41,759 bases of DNA from a virus (taxonomy: Duplodnaviria > Caudoviricetes): IMG/VR virus record IMGVR_UViG_3300033076_000557, positions 1 through 41,759 of that record, one strand, 5' to 3'. Positions 1 through 7,915 of this stretch are shown here, in pieces; positions within the stretch are counted from its first letter, which is position 1, and each line of letters starts with the position of its first letter. Both the position numbers and the translations under genes were made by a program. The notes below the pieces were generated by a model that did no database searches, was not told the DNA's origin, and saw nothing but the letters and a program-made list of their open reading frames with translations.

Positions 1-269
1 ACCTTACGGATGTCCTCTGCACCATTCTTTTCTTTGTGACGGGTGATGTACTTGACTACATTACCTTCGCAGAATCCAAGCTTGTTCGCATGGATGTAGA
101 CAATAGGCTGGATAGCTTTGTCTTTGTAGTGTTTACCGCCTTCTTGGTTATCCAATGCTGTTTTAGGTTTTCCTATTGCAAGCTCAAAATTCTTGTAAAT
201 AGGTTCGCAACCTGTACATGCCACGCTGTATGGATTTCCATAATTTTTACATTGAAGGCAGTTTGACAT
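1..269 (-). CDS. DUF3310 (SaV / T7 gp1.7-like) protein, 5' part; continues across the window junction into 41759..41711
   Basis: Translated by hand (not in ORF track): MSNCLQC...NQEGGKHYKDKAIQPIVYIHANKLGFCEGNVVKYITRHKEKNGAEDIRK; GGxHY, GNVVKY and KNGxED motifs typical of DUF3310; start overlaps the stop of the upstream MazG-like gene. Confidence 0.85.
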   Translation of the reverse strand, partial: MSNCLQCKNYGNPYSVACTGCEPIYKNFELAIGKPKTALDNQEGGKHYKDKAIQPIVYIHANKLGFCEGNVVKYITRHKEKNGAEDIRK

Positions 270-577
270 CATTGCTCCTTGACAAAGATACCTTCGGCAT
301 TCATGTAGCCACGGCGATCTTTGATCTGGTTATATGCAGCCTCAAGGCAGTCTGTCAAGTTCACATCCAGTAAAGCACAAATGTTGATCAGGCACACAAC
401 GGTGTCTCCAACAGCATCAATAGCTTCTACTCGGTCATCCTTTTTCAGTGCGTCTTTGAGTTCATCCAACTCTTCAGCAGCTTTTTTCCATTGAGCTAAT
501 GGTGTGCTGTTTGGGATGATGCGTCTTTGCTCACTCCAACGAATTACGGCTAGCTCTAATTCTGCGTAACTACTCAT
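269..577 (-). CDS. MazG-like NTP pyrophosphohydrolase
   Basis: EELDEL...DAVGD metal-binding pattern and C-terminal IKDRRG..FVKE; start taken at MSSYAEL after an AAGGA RBS. Confidence 0.85.
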   Translation of the reverse strand: MSSYAELELAVIRWSEQRRIIPNSTPLAQWKKAAEELDELKDALKKDDRVEAIDAVGDTVVCLINICALLDVNLTDCLEAAYNQIKDRRGYMNAEGIFVKEQ

Positions 578-588
578 TTCTTTTCCTT

Positions 589-816
589 TCAATCCCAAAT
601 TGTTTTGCCATCAAACTCGTGATGACAACTTGTGCAAACACAGTATGTGTGCGATGGATCACCAGCTCCGACTGGTGTACTACATGAATCGTATTCCTCT
701 GAACCGCACTTAGGACATGCTGTTAATTTTTTGTTTCTTGCAAAGATTGCATCCCAGCGGTTTGCGTACTCTTCGTTAGCGACACTAAACGGTCTTGGTG
801 TACTGCCTTTACTCAT
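589..816 (-). CDS. Hypothetical protein with C-terminal zinc ribbon
   Basis: MSKGSTPRPFSV..RWDAIF N-terminus plus CPKC...CTSC. Confidence 0.6.
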   Translation of the reverse strand: MSKGSTPRPFSVANEEYANRWDAIFARNKKLTACPKCGSEEYDSCSTPVGAGDPSHTYCVCTSCHHEFDGKTIWD

Positions 817-853
817 GCGTTCTCCAATAGCCAATCAACAACGATGTACACGA

Positions 854-1039
854 TCAGAATGCCCATTTGCAATCCTGACTAATGCGGTAAGACATTGCTA
901 CGCCCCAAACCATTCCAAAGACAGCGCAAAGAATGCGGTAGTTCTCGGTCCAGTTTGAAGGGCTAAAGCTCATGGTGATAAACGAAAACATGAAATAGAC
1001 AACTAACCAAGCGATAGGGAAGCCAATCATGTAACGCAT
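854..1039 (-). CDS. Small two-TM membrane protein
   Basis: Two hydrophobic segments; GGAG RBS; directly follows the cro-like gene. Confidence 0.6.
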   Translation of the reverse strand: MRYMIGFPIAWLVVYFMFSFITMSFSPSNWTENYRILCAVFGMVWGVAMSYRISQDCKWAF

Positions 1040-1040
1040 A

Positions 1041-1205
1041 TCACTCTCCTTTGAACCATTCAGGCTTTTTCTCTTTCAGCTCATAGACGCGCAAAGGCGG
1101 AATCTTGCCCGTCTTCTTCCATTGGTACACAGAAGTTGGCGTAACGCCCAACAGCTTTGCAATACCGTAGCAAGTCATGTGCTTCTCTAAATCTTCAATT
1201 TTCAT
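1041..1205 (-). CDS. Cro-like HTH regulator (54 aa)
   Basis: Hand translation MKIEDLEKHMTCYGIAKLLGVTPTSVYQWKKTGKIPPLRVYELKEKKPEWFKGE; classic IAxxLGVTxxSVYQW..IP Cro HTH; GGAGG RBS; first gene left of the divergent region. Confidence 0.85.
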   Translation of the reverse strand: MKIEDLEKHMTCYGIAKLLGVTPTSVYQWKKTGKIPPLRVYELKEKKPEWFKGE

Positions 1206-1261
1206 AAGTCCTCCAGTTAATGAAGGCTCTATAGTAAACTAAAACTCAGTAGAAGTTGATT

Positions 1262-1293
1262 AAGTTTATCTATCACGTCAGTAAACTTGATAG
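1262..1293. promoter_or_regulatory. Overlapping inverted repeats, candidate operators
   Basis: AAGTTTA-N13-TAAACTT (1262-1288) and CTATCA-N12-TGATAG (1270-1293) in the divergent intergenic region. Confidence 0.45.
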
Positions 1294-1304
1294 AAATATA
1301 GTTG

Positions 1305-1332
1305 TTGCATACAGTCAAAGTTGATGTATATT
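1305..1332 (+). promoter_or_regulatory. Candidate sigma70 promoter of the rightward early operon
   Basis: TTGCAT-N16-TATATT upstream of GAAAGG RBS and ATG 1376. Confidence 0.5.
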
Positions 1333-1375
1333 ACTTCTACGCCAACAAATGGCGCATTCAATGAAAGGTAATTAA

Positions 1376-1525
1376 ATGAACAAAATTGAAGCTTGGCAAC
1401 AAGGGCATAGTGATGGTTTGAACTTAGCTGTTCAACAAATCAACGAGTGGTGTGGCATGGATTGCAAGACGCTGACAGACATCATTCGAGAAATCAACAA
1501 ACTTCGTGAGCAGGTGGCAGCATGA
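1376..1525 (+). CDS. Hypothetical protein (49 aa)
   Basis: Hand translation MNKIEAWQQGHSDGLNLAVQQINEWCGMDCKTLTDIIREINKLREQVAA; GAAAGG RBS; ATGA overlap with the next gene. Confidence 0.7.
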   Translation: MNKIEAWQQGHSDGLNLAVQQINEWCGMDCKTLTDIIREINKLREQVAA

Positions 1526-1767
1526 GCTTTTACACACACATTGCCTTTTTAGGCGACTACTGCGATGTTGATGTTGAGTACGACATCATTGACGGCGATG
1601 ATTCTGTAGGCTTGCCAGTTGACTATGAAATCACTGCAACCTGTCAAGACGAGTTTGGCAATGAAGTAGACATCACTGAAGAGCTGACACCAGAAGAATA
1701 CGCTGACGTCATCAAAGCAATCGAAGAAGACTTGGATAAAAATAAATATGAAAACTCAATTGATTGA
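1522..1767 (+). CDS. Very acidic small protein (possible DNA mimic)
   Basis: 25 Asp/Glu versus 3 Lys and 0 Arg in 81 aa; ATGA coupling. Confidence 0.65.
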   Translation: MSFYTHIAFLGDYCDVDVEYDIIDGDDSVGLPVDYEITATCQDEFGNEVDITEELTPEEYADVIKAIEEDLDKNKYENSID

Positions 1768-1939
1768 TCTGAATCCAACTGTTCGCCGCTACCCACGCAC
1801 TCGCATGGAAGCTTATCCACTAGAGTACATGAGTGGAATTGAGCATTACAAACGTCCACGTAATAACAATTTTGTTGTTGCAATCCTTACTGCAATTGCG
1901 ATAATTGCAGTCCTAATCGCAATCAAGAAAGTAATGTAA
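1748..1939 (+). CDS. Hypothetical protein with C-terminal TM helix
   Basis: TVRRYPRTRMEAY motif followed by a hydrophobic tail; operon context. Confidence 0.65.
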   Translation: MKTQLIDLNPTVRRYPRTRMEAYPLEYMSGIEHYKRPRNNNFVVAILTAIAIIAVLIAIKKVM

Positions 1940-2169
1940 TGAAATGGCAAGACAACTTCACCACATGGAACCTGAAGACAGGTCAATATGTGCGTCACAT
2001 CAAGTTTGATGACATCAAACTAATCCTCCTCTACCACCGTATCTACGAGAACATGTTCTCTATCGACCAAATTCAAACTGTCGATGGAACGAACATCATC
2101 AACTTAGTGCGCGATAGAACAATTGAACGATTGGAAAATATTTTGCAAAGGGAATCCAATGAAATCTAA
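1939..2169 (+). CDS. Hypothetical protein
   Basis: TAATG coupling within the operon. Confidence 0.6.
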   Translation: MKWQDNFTTWNLKTGQYVRHIKFDDIKLILLYHRIYENMFSIDQIQTVDGTNIINLVRDRTIERLENILQRESNEI

Positions 2170-2368
2170 AAGCCTGTACGAAACTATCGTTGAAGAGTTT
2201 GAAGCAAGCAACAACCGTTATTGCGGCTGTTGTTTAGTTCTCGAAGGCAGCGGTGGATGTGACTGCGATCAACGCGCATGGCGCACATTTGGCGAGCTGG
2301 ACAAGGCAAGCCAAGATGAAATCATCAATCAAGAATTTGACATTGGATTTGAAAAGGAAAAGAAATGA
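2159..2368 (+). CDS. Hypothetical Cys-rich protein
   Basis: YCGCC...CDC; start taken at MKSKSL; ATGA overlap with the ERF gene. Confidence 0.6.
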   Translation: MKSKSLYETIVEEFEASNNRYCGCCLVLEGSGGCDCDQRAWRTFGELDKASQDEIINQEFDIGFEKEKK

Positions 2369-2982
2369 ACGTCTATAAAAAACTAAACGCAGCACGAGAT
2401 AAGTTTCACTCACAGAAGCTCAAAAAGTCTGGTCACAACAAGTTTGCGAACTACTACTACTTTGAGCTTGGTGACTTCATCATTCCTGCATTGCAAATCT
2501 TCCATGAAGTTGGCCTGACATCTGTTATCAGTTTTGATGTTGACATTGCACAAATGTCAATTATTAACATTGACAAACCAGAAGAAACCATCATCATACA
2601 AAGCCCCATGTCTACGGCTGCTTTAAAGGGCTGTCATGAGGTTCAAAACCTTGGGGCAGTACAAACATACCTGCGCCGCTATTTGTGGGTTGCAGCGCTT
2701 GAGATTGTTGAACACGATGCACTGGACGCTACAACAGGTCGTAAAGGCGATGCGCCTATCGTGACCCCAAAAGGTGGCATTGGTGATGACCTACCAGAAG
2801 AGGACAAAGAATTTTTGCGTGAAATGGCTCAGTCGTGTACAGAACTTGTAGCGAAGGGGCAAGCTAAAGACGCATATCTGATGATCAAGGAAGCTGTTCT
2901 TGACTCAGACCAAGAGGTTTGGTTATCTAACCAAATGGATGCTGCAACCCGCAGTGCAATTAAAAAATCAAAATCTCAATAA
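2365..2982 (+). CDS. erf: ERF-family single-strand annealing recombinase
   Basis: KSGHNKFANYYYFEL and LGAVQTYLRRYLW..ALEI...D ERF signature. Confidence 0.85.
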   Translation: MNVYKKLNAARDKFHSQKLKKSGHNKFANYYYFELGDFIIPALQIFHEVGLTSVISFDVDIAQMSIINIDKPEETIIIQSPMSTAALKGCHEVQNLGAVQTYLRRYLWVAALEIVEHDALDATTGRKGDAPIVTPKGGIGDDLPEEDKEFLREMAQSCTELVAKGQAKDAYLMIKEAVLDSDQEVWLSNQMDAATRSAIKKSKSQ

Positions 2983-2991
2983 GGAATTGAT

Positions 2992-3261
2992 ATGGCAGAG
3001 TTCGACAACACAAACCGTGGTGTTCTTTTCAATAACAAAGAAAAGAAAACCCAAGAAAATCACCCTGACTACAGTGGCTCCATTAACTTTAATGGCGTTG
3101 ACTGCTGGTTAAGCGGCTGGGTCAAAGAAAGCAAAGACGGCAAGAAGTTTTTCTCGTTGTCTGTCAAACCTAAAGAGCAACAGGCTCGCCAGGTGAGCCA
3201 GCCAACACGGAAAGCTCCCCCTGCCGAAGATTTGGACGATGGAAGTGACTTGCCTTTCTAG
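2992..3261 (+). CDS. Small single-stranded DNA-binding protein
   Basis: GVLF..PDYSG..WLSGW..FFSLSV OB-like core and acidic SSB-type tail DLDDGSDLPF; follows the recombinase. Confidence 0.7.
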   Translation: MAEFDNTNRGVLFNNKEKKTQENHPDYSGSINFNGVDCWLSGWVKESKDGKKFFSLSVKPKEQQARQVSQPTRKAPPAEDLDDGSDLPF

Positions 3262-3299
3262 AATGGCATATAATTTACATACCGTTTTAAGGAGAACTT

Positions 3300-3773
3300 A
3301 TGAAGGTATGTAAAGAATGTGGAGTTGAAAAAGAATTAAATGCTTTCTATAAACATTCAAAGATGGCAGACGGACACCTTAACAAGTGCATTGAATGCGT
3401 CAAAGAACGAGTTGGAAAGCACCGCGAATTGAACTTGAACAAGATCAGGGCATATGACCTTGCTAGAGCCAAAACTCCTCATAGGATGGCTAAAAACAAA
3501 GCATATGCTCAGTCTGAAAAAGGAAAATTAGCTCATAAAAAAGCTATGGAAAATTACAAAAAACGCTATCCGTTAGCCTATGCAGCAAAAGTGATAACTG
3601 GACATGCTGTTAGAGATGGAAAGCTTGTAAGGCCAACACATTGTTCAGAATGCAACTCCACACACAAAATAGAAGGTCATCATGATGACTACACCAAACC
3701 TCTTGAGGTACGCTGGCTTTGCGAAAAGTGCCACAAAAACTGGCATAACTACAACGAGCCAATTTATGAATGA
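3300..3773 (+). CDS. HNH-type (homing) endonuclease with N-terminal zinc finger
   Basis: CKEC..FYK..DG.LNKCIEC and CSEC...GHHDDYTKPLEVRWLCEKCH. Confidence 0.75.
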   Translation: MKVCKECGVEKELNAFYKHSKMADGHLNKCIECVKERVGKHRELNLNKIRAYDLARAKTPHRMAKNKAYAQSEKGKLAHKKAMENYKKRYPLAYAAKVITGHAVRDGKLVRPTHCSECNSTHKIEGHHDDYTKPLEVRWLCEKCHKNWHNYNEPIYE

Positions 3774-4048
3774 AAGTAAAGGAAATTGAAATGGAAAACT
3801 CAACTCGTGAAATGACTTTTGGCGAAAAAGCTTGTGGCGTTAGTTTTAACCCAGGCGGTCTTGAAAATGTAGCTTCAATCAAAGCAGATTTTGCAGCTAT
3901 TGTTGACAAACTAAACAACACGCGAGACGCTTCTACAAACCAAGAAGTAAAACGTATGTTGTCGATTGCTATTAGTGAAGCGCAAACAGCGCAGATGTGG
4001 GCAGTAAAAGCCGTTACATGGCAGTTTTAAAGTAAAGGAATTGAAATG
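3773..4048 (+). repeat. Direct repeat of RBS+start (AAAGTAAAGGA(A)ATTGAAATG) flanking the Acb2/Tad1-like gene
   Basis: Copies at 3773-3793 and 4029-4048 differ by a single A. Confidence 0.85.
3791..4030 (+). CDS. Acb2/Tad1-like helical-hairpin protein (candidate immune-signal sponge)
   Basis: TFGEKA.G.SFNP...IK..A..D.L...RMLSIAISEAQTAQMWAVKA resembles the Acb2/Tad1 hairpin pattern (R..A.A.T..Q.A.MW..KA); start moved to 3791 after the AAGGA RBS. Confidence 0.55.
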   Translation: MENSTREMTFGEKACGVSFNPGGLENVASIKADFAAIVDKLNNTRDASTNQEVKRMLSIAISEAQTAQMWAVKAVTWQF

Positions 4049-4174
4049 AAAAAAGTATTGGTAGCTATCGTATTGTTCGCATCTACGGCTGCGTTTGCAT
4101 CTTGTCCAACATATGCACCATATCGCTGTGTCGTTCTTATGAATGGCAAGCAAATGTGTGGCTGTGGAATGTAA
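4046..4174 (+). CDS. Secreted Cys-rich mini-protein (42 aa)
   Basis: Hand translation MKKVLVAIVLFASTAAFA/SCPTYAPYRCVVLMNGKQMCGCGM; Sec signal with AFA cleavage site; 4 Cys; AAGGA RBS. Confidence 0.7.
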   Translation: MKKVLVAIVLFASTAAFASCPTYAPYRCVVLMNGKQMCGCGM

Positions 4175-4193
4175 GTAAGTCAGGGGGATTGAC

Positions 4194-4529
4194 GTGCAAC
4201 TAGATTTGTTCATTGATCCCCCTTCCCCTATGAACCCCAACAGAAATCCAATAGCCCCTGATTGTTTTCGTGACTATGAGCAATACTCACAATGGCTTGG
4301 CCTTGCCAAGATTGCAAAAGAGGAATGCACCATTTGCGAAGACTGTGTAAGCGGTTATAAATCAAAAATGATGGTGGAAAACAGATGTCATTTTGAATGG
4401 CACTCAATCCAATTTATGCCACCAAAAAAAAATGCAAAGACTAAAGTAAAGAAGGAACTTCAATATGAAAAACTTTATTGGGAATTTTCTACATCGCGCT
4501 CGAAAAATGGACCCAACAACCAGCCATGA
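4194..4529 (+). CDS. Hypothetical Cys-containing protein
   Basis: PDCF...W...CTICEDC...M..ENRC pattern; GTG start after a GGGG RBS. Confidence 0.6.
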   Translation: MQLDLFIDPPSPMNPNRNPIAPDCFRDYEQYSQWLGLAKIAKEECTICEDCVSGYKSKMMVENRCHFEWHSIQFMPPKKNAKTKVKKELQYEKLYWEFSTSRSKNGPNNQP

Positions 4530-4767
4530 AGCTGCTTTGTCGATCAAAAAAACAGCACCCCTTCACATGCAAAAAATCCTTGAGTGCCTTGTTGAACATG
4601 GCCCACTAGGTAAAGATGGCATAGCCAGGCTTACTGGATTGAATGGAAATCAAATTGCTCGTAGGTTGCCAGAGATGGCACGTATGACACCCCCTCTGGT
4701 AAAAGAAACAGGCCGTACAGTTTCATCTGATGCTGGTCGCCAAGAACGTGAATGGAGCGCAGCATGA
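4465..4767 (+). CDS. Winged-HTH DNA-binding protein
   Basis: AR..DP.TSHEAA, ILECL.EHGPLGKDGIARLTGL..NQIARRLPEM, GRQEREW. Confidence 0.7.
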   Translation: MKNFIGNFLHRARKMDPTTSHEAALSIKKTAPLHMQKILECLVEHGPLGKDGIARLTGLNGNQIARRLPEMARMTPPLVKETGRTVSSDAGRQEREWSAA

Positions 4768-5039
4768 ATAAAGAAACAGGTGGGCCAGCTTTTCCAGCAA
4801 GCTATTACACCGATGATGGCGAATGGGCAAAAAGAGATGGCATGACCCTGCGCGACTACTTCGCTGCAAAAGCTAGCGAGGATGACGTTGCGTATTACAA
4901 ATTTCTTGGTGGGTATCAAGAAATTGTAAAAGTTGCTCCAGACGGAACGAAATACATTGTTCAAGAGGCAAACACTCGAACCCGTGAAGAAGCTAAGTAC
5001 GCTTACGCAGACGAAATGCTGAAAGCGAGAAAACAATGA
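4764..5039 (+). CDS. Conserved phage protein (GGPAFP / GMTLRDYFAA family)
   Basis: Recognisable motifs TGGPAFP, GMTLRDYFAAKA, AYADEMLKAR; ATGA start at 4764. Confidence 0.75.
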   Translation: MNKETGGPAFPASYYTDDGEWAKRDGMTLRDYFAAKASEDDVAYYKFLGGYQEIVKVAPDGTKYIVQEANTRTREEAKYAYADEMLKARKQ

Positions 5040-5293
5040 GTAAAGTAATTAATGCATTTAGCAAAGACTATGTAGCAACCTACATGCCTGAGTTTATGTC
5101 TAACATTCGCAAAGAGTCTGCCGCTAAGTTAAATGGCGAAAAGTATGGAGCATTAAGCCGTTTGAATCGTGAATCAACTTCTGGTGATGCTGTTTTTACA
5201 GTTATTGAAAAGCCAAAATCAAAACGAGTATCACTTGCTCCTACTGATTTCTACATGTATTCAAGGGCTGGTATGCCAAAGGGGGTCAAATGA
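5036..5293 (+). CDS. Hypothetical protein
   Basis: ATGA coupling at both ends. Confidence 0.6.
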   Translation: MSKVINAFSKDYVATYMPEFMSNIRKESAAKLNGEKYGALSRLNRESTSGDAVFTVIEKPKSKRVSLAPTDFYMYSRAGMPKGVK

Positions 5294-5601
5294 AGCCACA
5301 CAAACACGCAGAACTAATCAAGGCTTGGGCTGACGGCGCGGAGATTGAAACTCGATGGAGTGACGCACAGGCATGGATTCCAGTAAAGAATCCCGAATGG
5401 GGTAACGGGTTTGAATACCGCATCAAGCCAGAACCAAAGCCTGATGTAGTCCGATATGCTTGCTATGACCGTTTTCAAAACAGCGAGTTTATGCAATTAA
5501 GGCTGTATCGAGTAATGCAAAACATTGACAGCTCCATTGGGCAACTCAAACTCACCTTCGATGGCGAGACAGGCAAACTTAAATCAGCGGAGGTTCTATG
5601 A
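5290..5601 (+). CDS. Conserved phage protein (KPHKHAELIKAWADG family)
   Basis: Recognisable N-terminal motif, EYRIKPE, and LKLTFDGETGKLKSAEVL tail. Confidence 0.75.
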   Translation: MKPHKHAELIKAWADGAEIETRWSDAQAWIPVKNPEWGNGFEYRIKPEPKPDVVRYACYDRFQNSEFMQLRLYRVMQNIDSSIGQLKLTFDGETGKLKSAEVL

Positions 5602-5696
5602 TTGAGATGGTTCTGATGTTTGCTGGAGTAATGGTTTTAGGACTATTGGCAACAGCTATTGTTGTTCTCTTAGTTGCGAACTATTTCCATGACTAG
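5598..5696 (+). CDS. Single-TM peptide (32 aa)
   Basis: Hand translation MIEMVLMFAGVMVLGLLATAIVVLLVANYFHD; ATGA overlap; GGAGG RBS. Confidence 0.55.
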   Translation: MIEMVLMFAGVMVLGLLATAIVVLLVANYFHD

Positions 5697-5877
5697 CTGG
5701 GCATACGTCTTATTAGAACGTGATGATGAAGGGACTATTGTTGATTCGCATGACGCGACCAGTGAAGTCCTCTTCCTCTACACAATGATTGAAAAGCAAG
5801 AGCGCATCATCCAAAGTTATAGAAAAGATTTAGGCTTTTCTTTCTTGGATGACGCACCTTCTTTGTTACGCCATTGA
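5689..5877 (+). CDS. Hypothetical protein
   Basis: Last gene of the rightward operon; converges on the endolysin. Confidence 0.5.
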   Translation: MTSWAYVLLERDDEGTIVDSHDATSEVLFLYTMIEKQERIIQSYRKDLGFSFLDDAPSLLRH

Positions 5878-6531
5878 CGCTAGGCAAGCCTTGTAGCGCT
5901 TCTTACGGTCATCAATGCCAATCAATCCCCCGTTGATTTTCTTGGTCATCCCTTCAATGTCTTCTTTGTCCGCAAAGGCATCAAGCTTGTTGGATGACCA
6001 AAACCACCCAGCAGACAGAGCAGCGTACTGAGGCTCTAAAAGCAGTTCAGGATGGGCTACAAAGTCAGCACCAATAGCTGCACCACAGCGAGTTACGTTG
6101 TCTTTGCCTGTGAGCTGCTTCAGCCCTCTTCCCCTGTACAAAAAGCCTTCACCTGACTCAATAGTTCCGTTGCCCATACGATTTGCGTAAACGGTATTTG
6201 CAATAGCCTCAGGCTTGCGATGTAAAGATTTGGCAAAAGCATTAGGAATGTTCTTGCCTTTTTCATCCTTCTTAGGCTTCTTGGTAGCTGGGTCAATCAC
6301 AGCAAAGCGATTGGGCCATACAGCAGCCATCGTTGCGTCAGAGTAGTTCAGGTTCTCTTCAAGCATCGTGAAGCCACCAGATTCATGAGCGCACTGAGCT
6401 AGGAAAGCAGCAATGCGGTACTTGTTATTGATCTGGAACTTCTCACAAGTTACTTCAATAGGAGCAAGCCACTTGGCAGCAACGTCAGGCTTGACCCCAG
6501 CAGCGATGATGTTGTCAAGAGTTACCATCAT
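5866..6531 (-). CDS. Endolysin, glycoside hydrolase family 19
   Basis: AAFLAQCAHESGGF..LEENLNYS, YANRMGNG, YRGRGLKQLTG, SAGWFW, TKKINGG..G..DR. Confidence 0.95.
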   Translation of the reverse strand: MMVTLDNIIAAGVKPDVAAKWLAPIEVTCEKFQINNKYRIAAFLAQCAHESGGFTMLEENLNYSDATMAAVWPNRFAVIDPATKKPKKDEKGKNIPNAFAKSLHRKPEAIANTVYANRMGNGTIESGEGFLYRGRGLKQLTGKDNVTRCGAAIGADFVAHPELLLEPQYAALSAGWFWSSNKLDAFADKEDIEGMTKKINGGLIGIDDRKKRYKACLASMA

Positions 6532-7010
6532 TGTTGTTGCTCCTTTTGCTTCTTATCAATTTCTTCTTGAGACTTGTTAGAAGAGCCATAGAAGAATCGG
6601 ATCAAGCTGTTAACAGCCGTACCAATCAAGAAGCCCAAGATGATGTTGATAAAGTCGCGGTTGCGGTTCTCAATCGGAGCAAATGAAACGATGAAAAAAT
6701 AAGCAAATGACACAACAGTAATGAACCATGCGTACATTTGAGTGAAACGCTTGGTGCTGTCATCAGCCATGTACATATCCGTTGCTCGTTGTGTGGATTT
6801 CTCGTCCAACTCAGCCATGAACTCAGAATGGCGATTGGCCTCTTCTTGGAGTTTGGCGTTGTATTCTGGTGTAGCTTGACCTTGTGGCTTCAGCTCCATA
6901 CCAAGCTTGTCTTGTACGGCATCAACACCTTTTTCAATAACTTGGTCAGCAACTTTATGCATCCCGTTATCAATAAGGTTTGCCACGATTGAGGCTACGA
7001 TAGGTAACAT
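6528..7010 (-). CDS. Holin-like membrane protein
   Basis: Two C-terminal TM helices ending FFYGSS; adjacent to the endolysin. Confidence 0.6.
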   Translation of the reverse strand: MLPIVASIVANLIDNGMHKVADQVIEKGVDAVQDKLGMELKPQGQATPEYNAKLQEEANRHSEFMAELDEKSTQRATDMYMADDSTKRFTQMYAWFITVVSFAYFFIVSFAPIENRNRDFINIILGFLIGTAVNSLIRFFYGSSNKSQEEIDKKQKEQQQ

Positions 7011-7183
7011 TACTCTTCCTTTTCTTTCAAAAGTTTTTGTTTACGTTCTTTTTCTTCAAGACGTTGCAAAATAATCTTTGCCTCTTTTAGTTGCTTGCTC
7101 TGATACGCCAAGCCAAATGACATCAGCATAAATCCAAAAATAATCAGAGTCACAATAGCAACCCAAAACCAAAATTCCTTCAT
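7010..7183 (-). CDS. Small N-terminal-TM coiled-coil protein (lysis cassette)
   Basis: MKEFWFWVAIV... TM then K/E-rich tail; start moved to ATGA at 7183. Confidence 0.6.
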   Translation of the reverse strand: MKEFWFWVAIVTLIIFGFMLMSFGLAYQSKQLKEAKIILQRLEEKERKQKLLKEKEE

Positions 7184-7914
7184 AGAGCGAAATACAGTCC
7201 AGTCAGCTCCAGCGTCACGATTGTTATTACCGCTGCGTACATCAGCTTGGCTGTTAAGATTTCTTTGCGGTGTTCTTGTCGCCATGCAGCATTCCGTTCT
7301 TTTTTAGCTTTCAGCTCTCTAGCAGCTTCTTGTTCCTCCAAAATCTCGTCATACTTTACTAAAAACTCTTGGTACATTGAACCTAATCCCAGCTCTTCAG
7401 GCGTACCCCAAATCATGGCTTGTTTCAGTTGTGTAGACAACTGCTTCATTTGCCATTCCATTTCAATACGATCAATCGCACTATCGGCAACCTTCTCGGT
7501 AGTGAGAGCTTGTTCTTCAAGTTCCCGACAGTGCGCTTTGAGCTGGCGCATAGCCTCAAAGTAGATTTTTAAGTTTTCGCAGATTTCATGTACTGCACGT
7601 GCTTGGAACTCCTCGTAGCTTAGTTCTGGTTCTTGTTCTTTGGATTTTTTTGTTATCTTTTTAGGTTCATCAATTACGCTTGGAGCTGGCGTAATTGCTG
7701 GCTTTTTGTTATTTTTATCACCAGATAATAAACTTTTGAGCCATCCCCAGATACCAGTGATTTCTTTGTAGATGGCTTTAGCGTCTGCAACGCCACCTTC
7801 AACTTGCTTTTTAAACTTGCTGATTTCAGCCTTACCTTCACTGAGCATTTGACAGCCAGCGCGGATAGCACCGACTGCACTTTGCGCCATAAGAAGAAGG
7901 CTGATTGGGTCCAC
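7180..7914 (-). CDS. Coiled-coil membrane-anchored protein of unknown function
   Basis: MDPISLL start, long helical E/K-rich body, C-terminal TM. Confidence 0.7.
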   Translation of the reverse strand: MDPISLLLMAQSAVGAIRAGCQMLSEGKAEISKFKKQVEGGVADAKAIYKEITGIWGWLKSLLSGDKNNKKPAITPAPSVIDEPKKITKKSKEQEPELSYEEFQARAVHEICENLKIYFEAMRQLKAHCRELEEQALTTEKVADSAIDRIEMEWQMKQLSTQLKQAMIWGTPEELGLGSMYQEFLVKYDEILEEQEAARELKAKKERNAAWRQEHRKEILTAKLMYAAVITIVTLELTGLYFAL

Positions 7915-7915
7915 A

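Noticed and set aside
36-266. 76-aa plus-strand ORF
   Set aside because: Antisense to the DUF3310 gene that the track missed because it crosses the window end
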